Shown: positions 1 through 10,241 of the stretch, piece after piece
Numbering within the stretch: position 1 is the first letter of the stretch
How the letters are laid out: each line of letters begins with the position of its first letter
Assembly: GCA_049693715.1 (NCBI GenBank)
Contig: JBAVQC010000317.1
Location: forward strand, 6,441-70,440
Length of the DNA: 64,000 bases
Direction: 5' to 3'
Source: Acidobacteriaceae bacterium
GTDB taxonomy: Bacteria > Acidobacteriota > Terriglobia > Terriglobales > Acidobacteriaceae
The notes under the pieces: generated by a model
Told to the model about the DNA's origin: nothing
The model's input: the letters and a program-made list of their open reading frames with translations, nothing else
Databases searched by the model: none
Translations under genes and position numbers: made by a program

Positions 1-1591
1 TTCCTGGCGTGGCCAAGCTGGGGGGCTGGTCTTTCGTTCGTGTCGCAAGTATGCGATCGGGAGCGATACCATCGACGACCCAACGATCCAGCGCCAGCAC
101 CACGTCGTGGTCCGCGTCCTGCGCCACGCCAGGGGCCGGAAAAACTTCATTCCCAAATGAGCCGGTCCCTGCGCCGCCCCAGCAATGACTCATTCCTGGC
201 ACCATGAAGAGCCGATAGAAGCTCTCGAGGGGTTTCGCGTTTTTATTCCGAGGATCGGGATAATCGGCAAGAAACTCACCCACCTTCGTATAGAAATTGA
301 TCGAATCCTGAGGGGCCACCGCCGCGTCTCCCCAGCCGTGATACTGAATCAACTTACCACCGGAATCGCGAAAGGTGCGCAGATCGGGGTCATAGGAATC
401 GACATAGGGCGCCACCTTCGCTTCAGTAAGTAGCAAGTCATCATGCAGATTGCTGGTATGCCAGTTCCACGTGGCGTTCTCATAGGTGGCGTCGGAGAAA
501 TTGCTGTCGCCAAAATCTGCCTGCCTGCCGTTCAAAATCCAGTCTTTCCACGAAGCGTCTTCTGCTTCCGTACCGGGTTCGTATCCGGGATAAATCTGCT
601 CCCCAGTCTTCGGGTCCCTCGGACCGGAATATATGTTCTTTACTGCTTCGACCTGAGCCGCCGTCAGACAATCCGGCTGGTCTCCGTCTTGACACTGTAG
701 TACGGCAGGATCAAAATGGCATGCGCGAGGATCCTCAATCAGGCCATCCCGCAGGCCGTCCAGGCCATCGCAGGCATTGATCGCTGCACGCTCCAGCAAC
801 GGTAGTTTCTCTGCAGGCAGAACGTTCTTGCCTGAGGAAAAGAGTGCCCGCTCATTCCAGATGAAGCCGGTGAACTGACGGGTCCAGTCGTTGGCGGGGG
901 CGCCCGCCACTACGCCATCAAAATCCTCCGGGAATCGTTCCACCTGCATAAGAGCCTCACGCCCACCTTCAGAACACCCGACAAAATAGGCGTGCTGTTG
1001 TGGCTTGCCGTAAAAGGCATTGAGAATCACGCGCGCCTGCAGAGACGTCTCATGAATCGCGCGATACCCGAAGTCGATCAGCTTTTCCGGATGGCCCATG
1101 GTGAACTTACCTGTGCCATCCTTCGTCCCGTCGTGGCCGTCGTCGGTCGAAGCGACAGCGTAACCACGATTGAGAGGAGTGACCATTCCTGGGGTGCTGA
1201 TGGTACCCCCCCAGCCTCCGCTTCCAATCTGCATATACTTCCCATTCCACGCGGAGGGCAGAGGCAACCACAATTCAAAGTGGATCTCCGAGTCAGTGGT
1301 GGGTGTAGCGACCCCTTTCACTTCGCAGTGCGCTGCCGCCATATGAGTGACGTTCAGGGGCCTCTCACTCCCGGCGGAAGCGTGGTCCGCTGCCGATACC
1401 GTGGCGGCAGAAACAACTTTAGCTCTTTCTAACTGTAGGTCCGTAAGGCTGCTGCAGCTTGACTGAGCCTGGAGATCTACGACCGCGGGAACGCTCTGGA
1501 TCCAGACGCATAGAATAACCCAGGAAATACGCCACACAGACAAGCAAGAAAGTGACAGACCATGATACTTCTGAAAGCGGTACCTCGGCAT
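1..1591 (-). CDS. Secreted tannase/feruloyl esterase family alpha/beta-hydrolase (C-terminal end cut by left window edge)
   Basis: Absent from the ORF track because the frame runs off nt 1. Hand translation from ATG 1591 stays open to nt 1 (about 530 codons). It has an N-terminal hydrophobic signal-like segment, a GCSEGG nucleophile motif (nt 962-979) and a PGMSHCWGG motif (nt ~180-210). Both motifs are typical of the tannase/feruloyl esterase family. Confidence 0.8.
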   Translation of the reverse strand, partial: MPRYRFQKYHGLSLSCLSVWRISWVILCVWIQSVPAVVDLQAQSSCSSLTDLQLERAKVVSAATVSAADHASAGSERPLNVTHMAAAHCEVKGVATPTTDSEIHFELWLPLPSAWNGKYMQIGSGGWGGTISTPGMVTPLNRGYAVASTDDGHDGTKDGTGKFTMGHPEKLIDFGYRAIHETSLQARVILNAFYGKPQQHAYFVGCSEGGREALMQVERFPEDFDGVVAGAPANDWTRQFTGFIWNERALFSSGKNVLPAEKLPLLERAAINACDGLDGLRDGLIEDPRACHFDPAVLQCQDGDQPDCLTAAQVEAVKNIYSGPRDPKTGEQIYPGYEPGTEAEDASWKDWILNGRQADFGDSNFSDATYENATWNWHTSNLHDDLLLTEAKVAPYVDSYDPDLRTFRDSGGKLIQYHGWGDAAVAPQDSINFYTKVGEFLADYPDPRNKNAKPLESFYRLFMVPGMSHCWGGAGTGSFGNEVFPAPGVAQDADHDVVLALDRWVVDGIAPDRILATRTKDQPPSLATPG

Positions 1592-1844
1592 ATAGTGGAA
1601 ACTCCGGCTAAATGGCGCGGCTGGTTCTGCCAATGGGATTGGTAAATCTCGGCTTCGAAATAGAGTGGTCAGAAATCACGGTGCGTTGTACTTTCTTGAG
1701 TTCACAGGCGAACTGTGCACTGTCGCTGAACTCTTCCGGGGGACGTCCGCGGTTGCCGGGCCAGCTCAACTGTCAGCAGCAACCGCAGCGGCGACTCTGT
1801 CAGTTCTGGTTCATGGTCGCCGAATCGGAAGAATCCAGCCCACC

Positions 1845-4800
1845 CTAAAAGTTGATTTTGAGCGCCAGTTGCAGCTCTCTGGGAGTATTCGCCGTGCTTG
1901 TGACTACCCCGAAATTGGGAGCATTGATCACATTGTTAGGAGTCCCGAACACGGCGGTGTTGGTTAAATTGAATGCCTCTACGCGAAACTCCAAATTGAC
2001 TCTCTCGAAAACGGGGAACGTTCGAAAGAGCGACAGATCCAAATTTCTATTCCAATTGGAACGCAATGAGTTTCTGCCCTCGGTGCCAAAAGTGTAAGGA
2101 GCAGGCGTGGCGAACGCGTTGGGATCGATCCACTCTGCGGGAGTACGCTGCAGCGGGGTTGGATTCCCCACAACATTCACCTTCACAAACGTGTTACCGA
2201 TATTTGCCAGGTCACCGCTGTACGTCACGTAATAGGGAGTTCCGGAGTTTAGGTTGACGATGGCATTGATTTGCCATCCACCGACGGCATAATTAGCGGC
2301 CGAATTGCCTAGGCTAAAGGACTTGCCTTTGCCAAAAGGCAGCTCGTACACAACACTTCCGGAGAATATGTTGGTAAGGTCAAATCCAGAGACACTTCTG
2401 TCCGCCTTTGCATCGTAAGGGTTCTGAATGGAGCAGCCCTCCACGCCGAAGCTGCCTGAGCAGCCCAGGTCAATTGATTTCGACCATGTATACGAGATGA
2501 GGTAGGTCAGCCCGCTGTGGGTGTTGTTGCTGAGCCGGGTCTGCAACGCGTTGTAGTTACTATTGCCGGTGCTATCGTCATAGTTCGTTGGCGTTATATA
2601 TGGATAAGGTTGCCGGCTGGCGACCACGGCGGCATCGCCCGGCCCCGGAGAGGTGGCGGTGTTGTTGATGCCGCCGTTATCGAGTCGGACGTCATGGGAA
2701 CCAACGTAAGCGAGCGAGAATATTGTCGACCGGCCAAGTTGTTGGTCGATGCCGAGGTTCCACTGGTCCACAAGGGGCGTCTTGATGTTCGGATTATAGA
2801 AAAAGCTCGCATTGGTGAGCGGTGTGGCAGAAGGGTAGAAGACCGCACCCTCTCCAAGGCTAAGCGGATCGCCGATATTGGTAGTCGGGATCGCGACGTT
2901 CTGCGAGTTGATGTTGAAAGAGCCTACCGAGGGCCAGGTGCCGCCAAGGTTCTGCGAAATTTGCGTCAGACCGCTCCACTCGTCATAGAAGCGGCTGTAG
3001 CCGGCGCGAACGGATGTGCTTTCGGTGGCGCGATACGCCAGGCCAACACGGCCCTGCCAGTTGCCGGTATCAGTGTTGTGTATTCCGTGATTTGAATTCT
3101 TGGTCACAACTACGTTCGCCGGCAATGTCCCCCCAGGAATGCAGGGGGCGCCCGTGGTAGTCGAACAGGCTCCGGGAACGCCACTGAGGATATAAGTGCC
3201 ATTGTTTAGATCTATGTCACCCAGGTAGCCTTGACCGTTACTGAAGTAGCCGTAGACCGGCCAAAACGCGACGTCATACCGCACGCCCAAATTGAGTGAC
3301 AGGCGGGGCGTTATCTTGAACTGATCTTGTACGTAGGCTCCTTGTACCGATCCTCCGTGAAGTTGTTCGAGGTCATCTCTGCGATACGAGCTGTTGGGCA
3401 CACCGAGGAGAAATGACGCGAGAGCGTCGCCTGTTCCCTTACCGCTGGGGCCGGTGGGGTTTTCTAGGTTTGAAGTCTGGAATGCGGTAGTTCCTTCGCC
3501 CGACCCGACATTCGGCCCATAGTAGTTATCACTCTGGTAGCTATAACCCACTTTAAATGTATGCCTTCCAAAAATCTTGGTAAAATCGCCACCGAACTCA
3601 TAGGTGTTCGCAATTTGCGTGCCCTGAATGTTGCTGCCACCGGTGGACGTATAACCTGCGATCGTTATCAGCGGGACAAGAGCTCCGGGTACGGACGAAA
3701 AGCTGGAGATGTACTTGCTGGAGAATCCGGCATTGATCAAAGATGTAGCGAAATTGTCCGGCGCTCGGCTGAAGGCCACTGTCGTTGTGTCATTGCCAAG
3801 GTTGCGGCCAAAGTGGAGATCGAGAATGTTATTTGCGCCGAACACGTGCGACTCATGCACAGCGGCGTTCCACCCACTGATGGAGATCTGACTCAGTGCT
3901 CCGGGGTAACCCGCCGAGCTGCTGGAGGGCTGGTTGAAATGAGAGATACGACCGAACAGGATGTCGCGTGTGCCGAGATTCTCGTCGATGCGTCCGGTAA
4001 AGTTGTCCTGATTCGTGAGCGCCTTGGTTGTGTCGTGAAGATTTCCACCCGAGATAGGCGATCCACCAACCGGCAACAGCGTTGTGGCATACAGCTGAGC
4101 CGCCGGCGAAATATATTGTGAAATATTGTTCCCCGGGAACGGGTCACGCAGGTACTCACCGGGATTGGCGGGATCCGGCCGCGTGCTGAAGGGGTTGTAC
4201 AGTTGGATTCCCTGTCCCAGCAGGGCGCTGAAATCGCCATTCAGCTCGGCCGTCGTCGGCGCCAGCACGATGCTTTGCGCAGCTTGGCTTAGGCGGAACC
4301 CTTCATAGCCGAAGAAAAAGAAGGTCCTTTCTTTCCCGCTGTAGATGCGTGGGAAAAGCACGGGCCCGCCCAACGTGACGCCAAACTGATTCTGCCGCAG
4401 GGGATTGCGGCTAGTCTGGAAGTAGTTGCGTCCGTCGAACTGCTCATTGCGCAGGAATTCAAATGCCGATCCGTGGAACGTGTTGGTGCCGCCTTTTGTA
4501 GCCACATTGATGATGCCGCCATTAACTTGTCCAAACTCGGCCAGGTCATTGTGGGACTGTACCTTGAATTCCTGTATGTCATCGATGATCGGTGCGTAGT
4601 TGTAGTTGCCGATAAACGCAAGATCATTTACGCCGTCCAAGAGAAATATATTGCTGCGATTTCTTTGCCCGTTGATGGACGGAAACGTGAACGAGCCCAG
4701 CGCATTACCGGCAAAGCCGCCACCGCCGCCAGCATTCTGCGCGACGCTGATCGGACTTACGCCTGGAGTCAGGGTCAAGAGCTGAGTAAAATTGCGCCCG

Positions 4801-5300
4801 TTCAAAGGAAGGTCATTGACCGGCACAGTAGAGATCACAGTTCCCAGCTCCGCAGTAGAAGACTCAACCGCGGTGAGTTCGCTGTGGACCGTAACCGTCT
4901 GCGTCGAGGAACCCGGAGCCAGACTAAAGTCCAGTGTAGCCGTCTGATTCACCTGCAGGACGACCCCTGGTCTCTCAACCGAGGCGAAGGCCGCTTTAGA
5001 GGCTTGCACGGAATAGTTACCGGGACGGATATTGATGATTGAATAACTTCCCGTCGATCCGGTCTTGGTCTGTTGCTGAGTTCCTGTGTCGGCGTTCGTC
5101 AGCGTCACATTCGCATCGGGAATTACCGCCCCGCTCCTGTCGGTGATCGTCCCGCTAAGCGCTGCCGAGGTGGACTGCGCCCGCCCCTGGAGTGGAGTGA
5201 CGGTGATGGCTGTTGAAATGAGAGCTGCGAGCAGAGCTGAGAGTGAAAACCTTAGAAGTCTCTGACATTGGTTTCCGGAAATGATCATTTTTGCTGTCAC
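1845..5300 (-). CDS. TonB-dependent outer-membrane receptor with N-terminal carboxypeptidase-regulatory-like domain
   Basis: 1151-aa ORF with a signal peptide and a CarboxypepD_reg-like segment (GTITDRSGAVIPDANVTLTNADTG...YSIINIRPGNYSV). It continues with a plug-like region and a long Gly/Asn/Tyr-rich beta-barrel. The terminal aromatic residue (..ALKINF) is typical of OM barrels. Confidence 0.85.
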   Translation of the reverse strand: MTAKMIISGNQCQRLLRFSLSALLAALISTAITVTPLQGRAQSTSAALSGTITDRSGAVIPDANVTLTNADTGTQQQTKTGSTGSYSIINIRPGNYSVQASKAAFASVERPGVVLQVNQTATLDFSLAPGSSTQTVTVHSELTAVESSTAELGTVISTVPVNDLPLNGRNFTQLLTLTPGVSPISVAQNAGGGGGFAGNALGSFTFPSINGQRNRSNIFLLDGVNDLAFIGNYNYAPIIDDIQEFKVQSHNDLAEFGQVNGGIINVATKGGTNTFHGSAFEFLRNEQFDGRNYFQTSRNPLRQNQFGVTLGGPVLFPRIYSGKERTFFFFGYEGFRLSQAAQSIVLAPTTAELNGDFSALLGQGIQLYNPFSTRPDPANPGEYLRDPFPGNNISQYISPAAQLYATTLLPVGGSPISGGNLHDTTKALTNQDNFTGRIDENLGTRDILFGRISHFNQPSSSSAGYPGALSQISISGWNAAVHESHVFGANNILDLHFGRNLGNDTTTVAFSRAPDNFATSLINAGFSSKYISSFSSVPGALVPLITIAGYTSTGGSNIQGTQIANTYEFGGDFTKIFGRHTFKVGYSYQSDNYYGPNVGSGEGTTAFQTSNLENPTGPSGKGTGDALASFLLGVPNSSYRRDDLEQLHGGSVQGAYVQDQFKITPRLSLNLGVRYDVAFWPVYGYFSNGQGYLGDIDLNNGTYILSGVPGACSTTTGAPCIPGGTLPANVVVTKNSNHGIHNTDTGNWQGRVGLAYRATESTSVRAGYSRFYDEWSGLTQISQNLGGTWPSVGSFNINSQNVAIPTTNIGDPLSLGEGAVFYPSATPLTNASFFYNPNIKTPLVDQWNLGIDQQLGRSTIFSLAYVGSHDVRLDNGGINNTATSPGPGDAAVVASRQPYPYITPTNYDDSTGNSNYNALQTRLSNNTHSGLTYLISYTWSKSIDLGCSGSFGVEGCSIQNPYDAKADRSVSGFDLTNIFSGSVVYELPFGKGKSFSLGNSAANYAVGGWQINAIVNLNSGTPYYVTYSGDLANIGNTFVKVNVVGNPTPLQRTPAEWIDPNAFATPAPYTFGTEGRNSLRSNWNRNLDLSLFRTFPVFERVNLEFRVEAFNLTNTAVFGTPNNVINAPNFGVVTSTANTPRELQLALKINF

Positions 5301-5947
5301 CTCACTGGCAACATGTTGAAAACCAATTCCACACTGTATCTCTCTGTCTTACGCGAGCCGGGCTTGGTCGAACTCTGCAAACCAAGAAACCACGCGGCAT
5401 CGACCTTTGAGAGAAGCTGGGACTGGATTGGAACGTCTTTGCAATCCATTGTTCTGATCTATGGTTCTTTTAATCATAAATACCGAGTTTTAATAGCGAA
5501 ACAACGCTAATAACGGACAAGGCCGCTTGTCAAGCAATAAATTTGCCGGGAAATTGCCGTACCTTTTTCCCGGTCTGCCGGAGGTAGCTGCTGGGTTGGA
5601 GCGCCAAAAAGCGACTCAGCTGGCTTTAACTCAACCGCCTGCGATTCGGTTCCAAACTCAATCGTGGATCCGTCTTCACGGGGTGACGCGGCTGGTTCTA
5701 CTCATAGGGATGAAATCCTTGTAGCCAAACGTCGTCTGCAGGCCACAGGTCGCGATCTCGTGCTTGAATTCCGTCGTTCCCTGCAAGTGCATTTCCCGCC
5801 GATACCGCTCCTTTGGAAGCCTGTGAAGCTCAGTCCATAGTTTTATACGCGAAAGTATATTTTTATGGCTGGATAAAACTTTGTCTCATGGTCACCGATC
5901 GGGGTTACAATTTTTGCTGGTAAAAGTCGAAGGAGCAGGATAGCCAT

Positions 5948-6742
5948 TTGTCTACCGGTAAACGAGAGTATCCTACCCCGGCCCTCGAAAAAGGGCTCGA
6001 CATTCTTGAACTGTTTACACGAGAGCCCGCTGGCTTGACCAAGAGCGATGTGGCGCGACGCCTCAATCGAACAGTCTCTGAAATTTTCCGGATGCTGCTT
6101 TGCCTGGAAGAGCGCGGATACATTGCGCGGGTCGATGACAACGACCGCTTCCGGCTGACGCTTAAAATGTTCCGCATGTCGCTTGAATCGCCCCCGACGA
6201 AGCGCTTGGTCTCCGAAGCCTTGCCCCTTATGCAGGAGGTGGCTCACGTGATCCGCCAATCCTGCCATCTCGGCGTGTTAGAGGCCGGGCAGGTAGTGAT
6301 TGTCGCCCAGGCCGATTCGCCCATTAGTCCAGGCTTCTACGTCAAGGCAGGCGCCATCGTCGACCTCATGCACGCTGCGACAGGGCATGCCATTCTCGCG
6401 CACTTACCGCTGGATGCCCGCCGGCGGGCAATCGAGGCCTGGCAACACCGCACCGGGAAACGCCCTCCCCGAGGTCTCAACGACCATCTCCAGAAAATTC
6501 AGGAATGGGGTTATGAAGAGCGCGCCAGCTATGAGGTTCGCGGCGTCATCAATATTACCTATCCCGTGCTGGATGAACGCGCTGATGCCGTGGCGGCGCT
6601 CACGGTGCCCTATCTGGCCCGGATCGAGGAGTCCATAACACCCAAACATGTTCACGCCGCCTTGCGAGAAGCCAGTGTAAAGTTGACCGAAGCAATCGGA
6701 GGCATTCCGCACCCTGCAACGGCGGATATAAGAAGACGTTGA
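5948..6742 (+). CDS. IclR family transcriptional regulator
   Basis: 264 aa with a TTG start preceded by AAGGAG. N-terminal winged HTH (LDILELFT..LTKSDVARRLNRTVSEIFRML) plus a C-terminal IclR-type effector domain pattern. Divergent from the receptor gene. Confidence 0.85.
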   Translation: MSTGKREYPTPALEKGLDILELFTREPAGLTKSDVARRLNRTVSEIFRMLLCLEERGYIARVDDNDRFRLTLKMFRMSLESPPTKRLVSEALPLMQEVAHVIRQSCHLGVLEAGQVVIVAQADSPISPGFYVKAGAIVDLMHAATGHAILAHLPLDARRRAIEAWQHRTGKRPPRGLNDHLQKIQEWGYEERASYEVRGVINITYPVLDERADAVAALTVPYLARIEESITPKHVHAALREASVKLTEAIGGIPHPATADIRRR

Positions 6743-6861
6743 AGCGCACAGCATCCAACTCAATAACTCTGGATGTGTGCGCACTTGGTTCTCTGTCTGC
6801 GGTTCTCCCTGACAGGTATGCAAACTAAGCGGTTCATAAAGTTCCGCCCGATCGCAGTTCC

Positions 6862-7734
6862 TTAAACCTGCAGGCTCTTCAGGTAAGGGACACTTTTCGC
6901 CATCAGGGAAGGGTCTTGTTCCAGTTCGACAAAGTAGTTTTCGATACCAGCCGTTTTGGCGGCGGTGAAGACCTTCTTCCAGTCCACGACGCCCTGACCG
7001 AGCGGCACCTGCTTCGCTTTACCGTCGGAGGTCATCACCCAGTCCTGGCAGTGCATAGAGATATAGCGGCGCGGATAGCGGGCGAAGTAATCGACCGGAT
7101 CGAACCCGTTCTGCATGGTGGAGACCTGAAACTGCAGTTTGACCGTCTTCGGGTCCAGCCGCTCGATTTCCATGTCATAAACCCGCTTACCGTCGATGCT
7201 GGTTGTTTCAAAGCCTTCGTTGTGCAGCACGGCAACTATGCCCGCAGCATGGGCCTTGGCCGCAAAGGTGTTGAAGAGCCCGGTGACGCGGTTCACGTCA
7301 TCCACGGTGGGTGGAGCATCTTTAGGCAGCGTGCCGAAGCCGAGGCTGGCTGTGGCCATCTGGGTCAGGCCAAGCTCCTTAGCCCATGCGATCCGCTCTT
7401 CCGCATGATTGAACAGCTCGTCCGTTTCAAAGTGCGCGCTGATACAGGTAAGACCGAAATCGTGCAGCATCCGCCGCAGATCCTGGGGCTTGTAATGCGC
7501 CAGGCTGGAGAACTCCTGATAGCCAAACGGCGAACAAAGCTCAATGGTCTGAAAGCCCGCGGCGGAAAGGCTCTTCATGGTCCCGGCGAAATCCGGGTTG
7601 ATCGAGGCGCGGACAGGATAGGTCTGGCAGCCGATAGGCAGCCCCAGCGGATCCGCCAGCAGAGACGGGGCTGTGGTCAAAGTGACAGCAGCGGCCGCTG
7701 CCTGCTGAAGGAAATGACGTCGGCTCATCGGCAT
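6862..7734 (-). CDS. Exported sugar phosphate isomerase/epimerase (xylose isomerase-like TIM barrel)
   Basis: 290 aa. It has a twin-arginine signal (MSRRHFLQQAAAAAVTL) followed by a TIM-barrel AP_endonuc_2-like pattern. Confidence 0.75.
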   Translation of the reverse strand: MPMSRRHFLQQAAAAAVTLTTAPSLLADPLGLPIGCQTYPVRASINPDFAGTMKSLSAAGFQTIELCSPFGYQEFSSLAHYKPQDLRRMLHDFGLTCISAHFETDELFNHAEERIAWAKELGLTQMATASLGFGTLPKDAPPTVDDVNRVTGLFNTFAAKAHAAGIVAVLHNEGFETTSIDGKRVYDMEIERLDPKTVKLQFQVSTMQNGFDPVDYFARYPRRYISMHCQDWVMTSDGKAKQVPLGQGVVDWKKVFTAAKTAGIENYFVELEQDPSLMAKSVPYLKSLQV

Positions 7735-7793
7735 ATTGTGTTCTCCTCGGGTGTCTTCCAGGAAAATTATGACAGCTCCCGATCAGCTTATCC

Positions 7794-8393
7794 TTATATC
7801 AGTTCCCTCACACGCTTCCGCAAAAGTGGCACCACGTGATCGGTAAACCACGGATTATCTCGAAGCCACCGCTGGTTTCGGGGGCTCGGATGCGGCGCGG
7901 GCAACAATCGGGGCCAATAACGCTCCCAGTCTGCGACGATATCAACCATGCGTTTGCCGGCAGCGCCGGCAATGTGCCAATCCGCGGCATAACGGCCAAT
8001 CACCAGGGTCAGTTCAACCTTGCGCAGCTGGGCCAACAGGCGCAACCGCCAGGCAGCCGCGCATTCCGGACGCGGCGGAGCGTCGCCGCCCGGGCCACTG
8101 CCCGGGTAGCAGAATCCCATCGGCAGAATCGCGATCTTTTTCGAGTCGTAGAATGTTTCTGAATCGACGCCCAGCCAGTCCCTGAGCCGATCACCGCTGG
8201 CATCGCTGAAAGGCACGCCGCTCTCGTGAGCGCGCCGGCCCGGTGCCTGTCCGGCAATTAGAATTCGAGCCTGGGCACCGACCTGCAGAACGGGCGCAGC
8301 CCCCAATGGCAGGTGAGGTTCGCACAAGCGGCAGGCCCTCACGTCTCTGAGCAACGACGGAAGGGTGGGCGCAGGTGCCAGCGGTTTCGTCAT
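7794..8393 (-). CDS. Uracil-DNA glycosylase superfamily protein
   Basis: 199 aa. It has UDG-superfamily motif A-like GQAPG (ILIAGQAPGRRAHESGVPFSDASGDRL) and motif B-like HPSPRN near the C-terminus. Confidence 0.7.
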   Translation of the reverse strand: MTKPLAPAPTLPSLLRDVRACRLCEPHLPLGAAPVLQVGAQARILIAGQAPGRRAHESGVPFSDASGDRLRDWLGVDSETFYDSKKIAILPMGFCYPGSGPGGDAPPRPECAAAWRLRLLAQLRKVELTLVIGRYAADWHIAGAAGKRMVDIVADWERYWPRLLPAPHPSPRNQRWLRDNPWFTDHVVPLLRKRVRELI

Positions 8394-8597
8394 GGCTTTT
8401 CCAGTCTCCGGTTCGTTTTCGTAAGTGCATGAGGTGCCGAAATTGTCGCAGCCATGGTTCGGTATCTCCGAGGCTTTTCAAAATAGGCGATCAGGTCACG
8501 GCGGTCCTGGGCGTCGCCGGCCGTACAGCCCATCTTCTTCTGACCATTGCAACCATGGCAGTGCGGGAGAACGCGACGCCGACACTTTTGTGACGGC

Positions 8598-8944
8598 CTA
8601 GGCCACGACGATAATGACGCCTTTCATTTGCGGATGGGACGTGCAGTGGTAAGCGAACTCGCCCAGTTGGTGCGTCATCACCAAGCGACCGGTAGCCTTG
8701 TTCTTCAGTAAACCGGTGTCCCATCTTTTGTTGTCTGCGGTCGCCGTAGCGGGGCAAAATCCCGATTGGTCCATTCGACGATATCTCCGGCGCGTACGTC
8801 AACTCGCGACGGCTCGAAGGCGAAGCCCTTGATCTCGACCCGATGGATCGCTCGAGCTGTCGTTTGGGCACGAAGCGGCGGGGCGTAAGCCCCAACCGCC
8901 AGTGCAAGCAGGAATTGTCGTCTGTCGAGCATGTTTGCTTTCAA
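8598..8944 (-). pseudogene. Cupredoxin (amicyanin/plastocyanin-like blue copper protein) interrupted by a 1-nt frameshift
   Basis: The track ORF 8705-8944 gives a Tat-like signal plus the cupredoxin N-terminal half (..VEIKGFAFEPSRVDVRAGDIVEWTNRDFAP). It then reads out of frame. Shifting frame at about nt 8746-8750 gives ..TATADNKRWDTGLLKNKATGRLVMTHQLGEFAYHCTSHPQMKGVIIVVA and a stop at 8598-8600. That stretch carries the Cys-x2-His-x2-Met copper-ligand motif. Confidence 0.6.
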
Positions 8945-8958
8945 ATGCGGTTCTCAAG

Positions 8959-9492
8959 TTACTTCAATGCAGAGACCATCTCGTTGGCGTGCTCTTCGTG
9001 CGCCCGGAAGGTTACGAGCGCCTGAGACAGGAAGTCCTTGAGTTCTCCGTTCTGAACAGTCGGAATCCAGGTCTCGCCGACGATCTTGTTTACCGTCTGG
9101 TGGTATGCCAGCTCGTTGGCGGCGTAGGCGCGGTCGAAGGCCACGCCATTGAGAGCGTTGAGTTCCTCTCTCTTGGCTTTGGCGCCGGTGTTCAACGCCT
9201 GGCTGAACGCATTGTCTTCGGGTTGAACCTTGAGCTTGGCCAGAAGCGCGGCCGCGCCCTCATTCACAGCCGAGTGGTCACGGACCATCAGTTCGGCGAA
9301 CTGGCGCACTTCCGGGTTCTTGGTCTTGTCGAGCGCGATCTTGGCGTACTCGATATCGATCACATCCGCAGTGTAGGCGGCATGCGCAATCTGGAGATCG
9401 TTCAGTCCGGCTTGGGCATGGGCGATGCCGGCGGCGAAGGCCAGCACGGCTGCCATCAATAGTGAGGTCTTTGATGTCTTCTGGTTAAACAT
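8959..9492 (-). CDS. Secreted DUF4142-like (ferritin-like helical) protein
   Basis: 177 aa with a signal peptide (LLMAAVLAFAAGIAHA) and an internally duplicated helical pattern resembling DUF4142. Confidence 0.7.
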   Translation of the reverse strand: MFNQKTSKTSLLMAAVLAFAAGIAHAQAGLNDLQIAHAAYTADVIDIEYAKIALDKTKNPEVRQFAELMVRDHSAVNEGAAALLAKLKVQPEDNAFSQALNTGAKAKREELNALNGVAFDRAYAANELAYHQTVNKIVGETWIPTVQNGELKDFLSQALVTFRAHEEHANEMVSALK

Positions 9493-9565
9493 GATCTGGT
9501 TCTCCTTGGTGGAAAGTAAATGGGGTCGGCGGCGCGATCAGCCTGGTGCGCAAACGCCGCGCGGG

Positions 9566-10114
9566 TCAAACCCGTGCTGACTCGGTGTTGACCAGCGGAA
9601 AATCGACCTCTGTACCGGCAATATGATTGAAGTAGTTCGTAAAAATATTGAGCGCCACATGGGCGACGACCTCGACCAGCGCCTCGTCGTCATATCCTGC
9701 GGCGCGGAAAGCGGCAAGGTCGGGGTCGCTGATTCTGCCGCGCTCTTTAACGATGAGACGGGCGAACGCAAGCAGGCTGGCGGCTTTCGGGTCACTCGAC
9801 TGCCCGGTGAGGTTGCAGCGCATCTCATCGGTGGAGAGCTTGGCACCCTGGCCAAGTGCGGTATGCACGGAAGCACAGTAGTCGCAGGCGTTGGCTCCGG
9901 CCACCGCAAGAGCAATCTGCTCACGCAGAGCGGGCGCCAAGCTGCCCTTGGCGAGCGCACCCGCAAAACCGAGATAGCCCTCAAGCGCGGCCCCCGACTG
10001 CGCCATGGTGGCCAGAATGTTGGGCACGCCTCCCATTTGCTTGGTTACCGCCTCAAGCAGGTTTTCGGTTTTCTCAGGCGCATTTGCGGTGTTGAGGGCA
10101 GGGATACGTTGCAT
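9566..10114 (-). CDS. Carboxymuconolactone decarboxylase (AhpD-like) family protein
   Basis: 182 aa with an AhpD/CMD-type helical fold pattern and a CDYCASVH (CxxC..H) motif. Confidence 0.8.
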   Translation of the reverse strand: MQRIPALNTANAPEKTENLLEAVTKQMGGVPNILATMAQSGAALEGYLGFAGALAKGSLAPALREQIALAVAGANACDYCASVHTALGQGAKLSTDEMRCNLTGQSSDPKAASLLAFARLIVKERGRISDPDLAAFRAAGYDDEALVEVVAHVALNIFTNYFNHIAGTEVDFPLVNTESARV

Positions 10115-10241
10115 GAATAAGTCTCCTTGACGGCGAGGTCTTTCGTCGTAAGACCATTATGTGCATGCCGTGGGAGTGTGAGCAACGTTATGCAATTAGA
10201 TTGGGATAATCGATCAATAAAATGGGATGCTAAGCAATGTT

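Noticed and set aside
8394-8597. Possible cytochrome c relic between the cupredoxin and the UDG gene (..QKCRRRVLPHCHGCNGQKKMGCTAGDAQDRRDLIAYFEK.. ending in an ATGA overlap with the UDG start)
   Set aside because: The resemblance to the cytochrome c C-terminus (..DLIAYLK) covers only a handful of residues. There is no intact CxxCH. Only a 49-aa ATG-initiated ORF is possible. This is too weak to call, though it is compatible with decay of an electron-transfer gene pair.
8491-8907. 138-aa minus-strand ORF overlapping the cupredoxin region
   Set aside because: It is in the third frame relative to both cupredoxin segments, is Arg-rich, and has no motif support.
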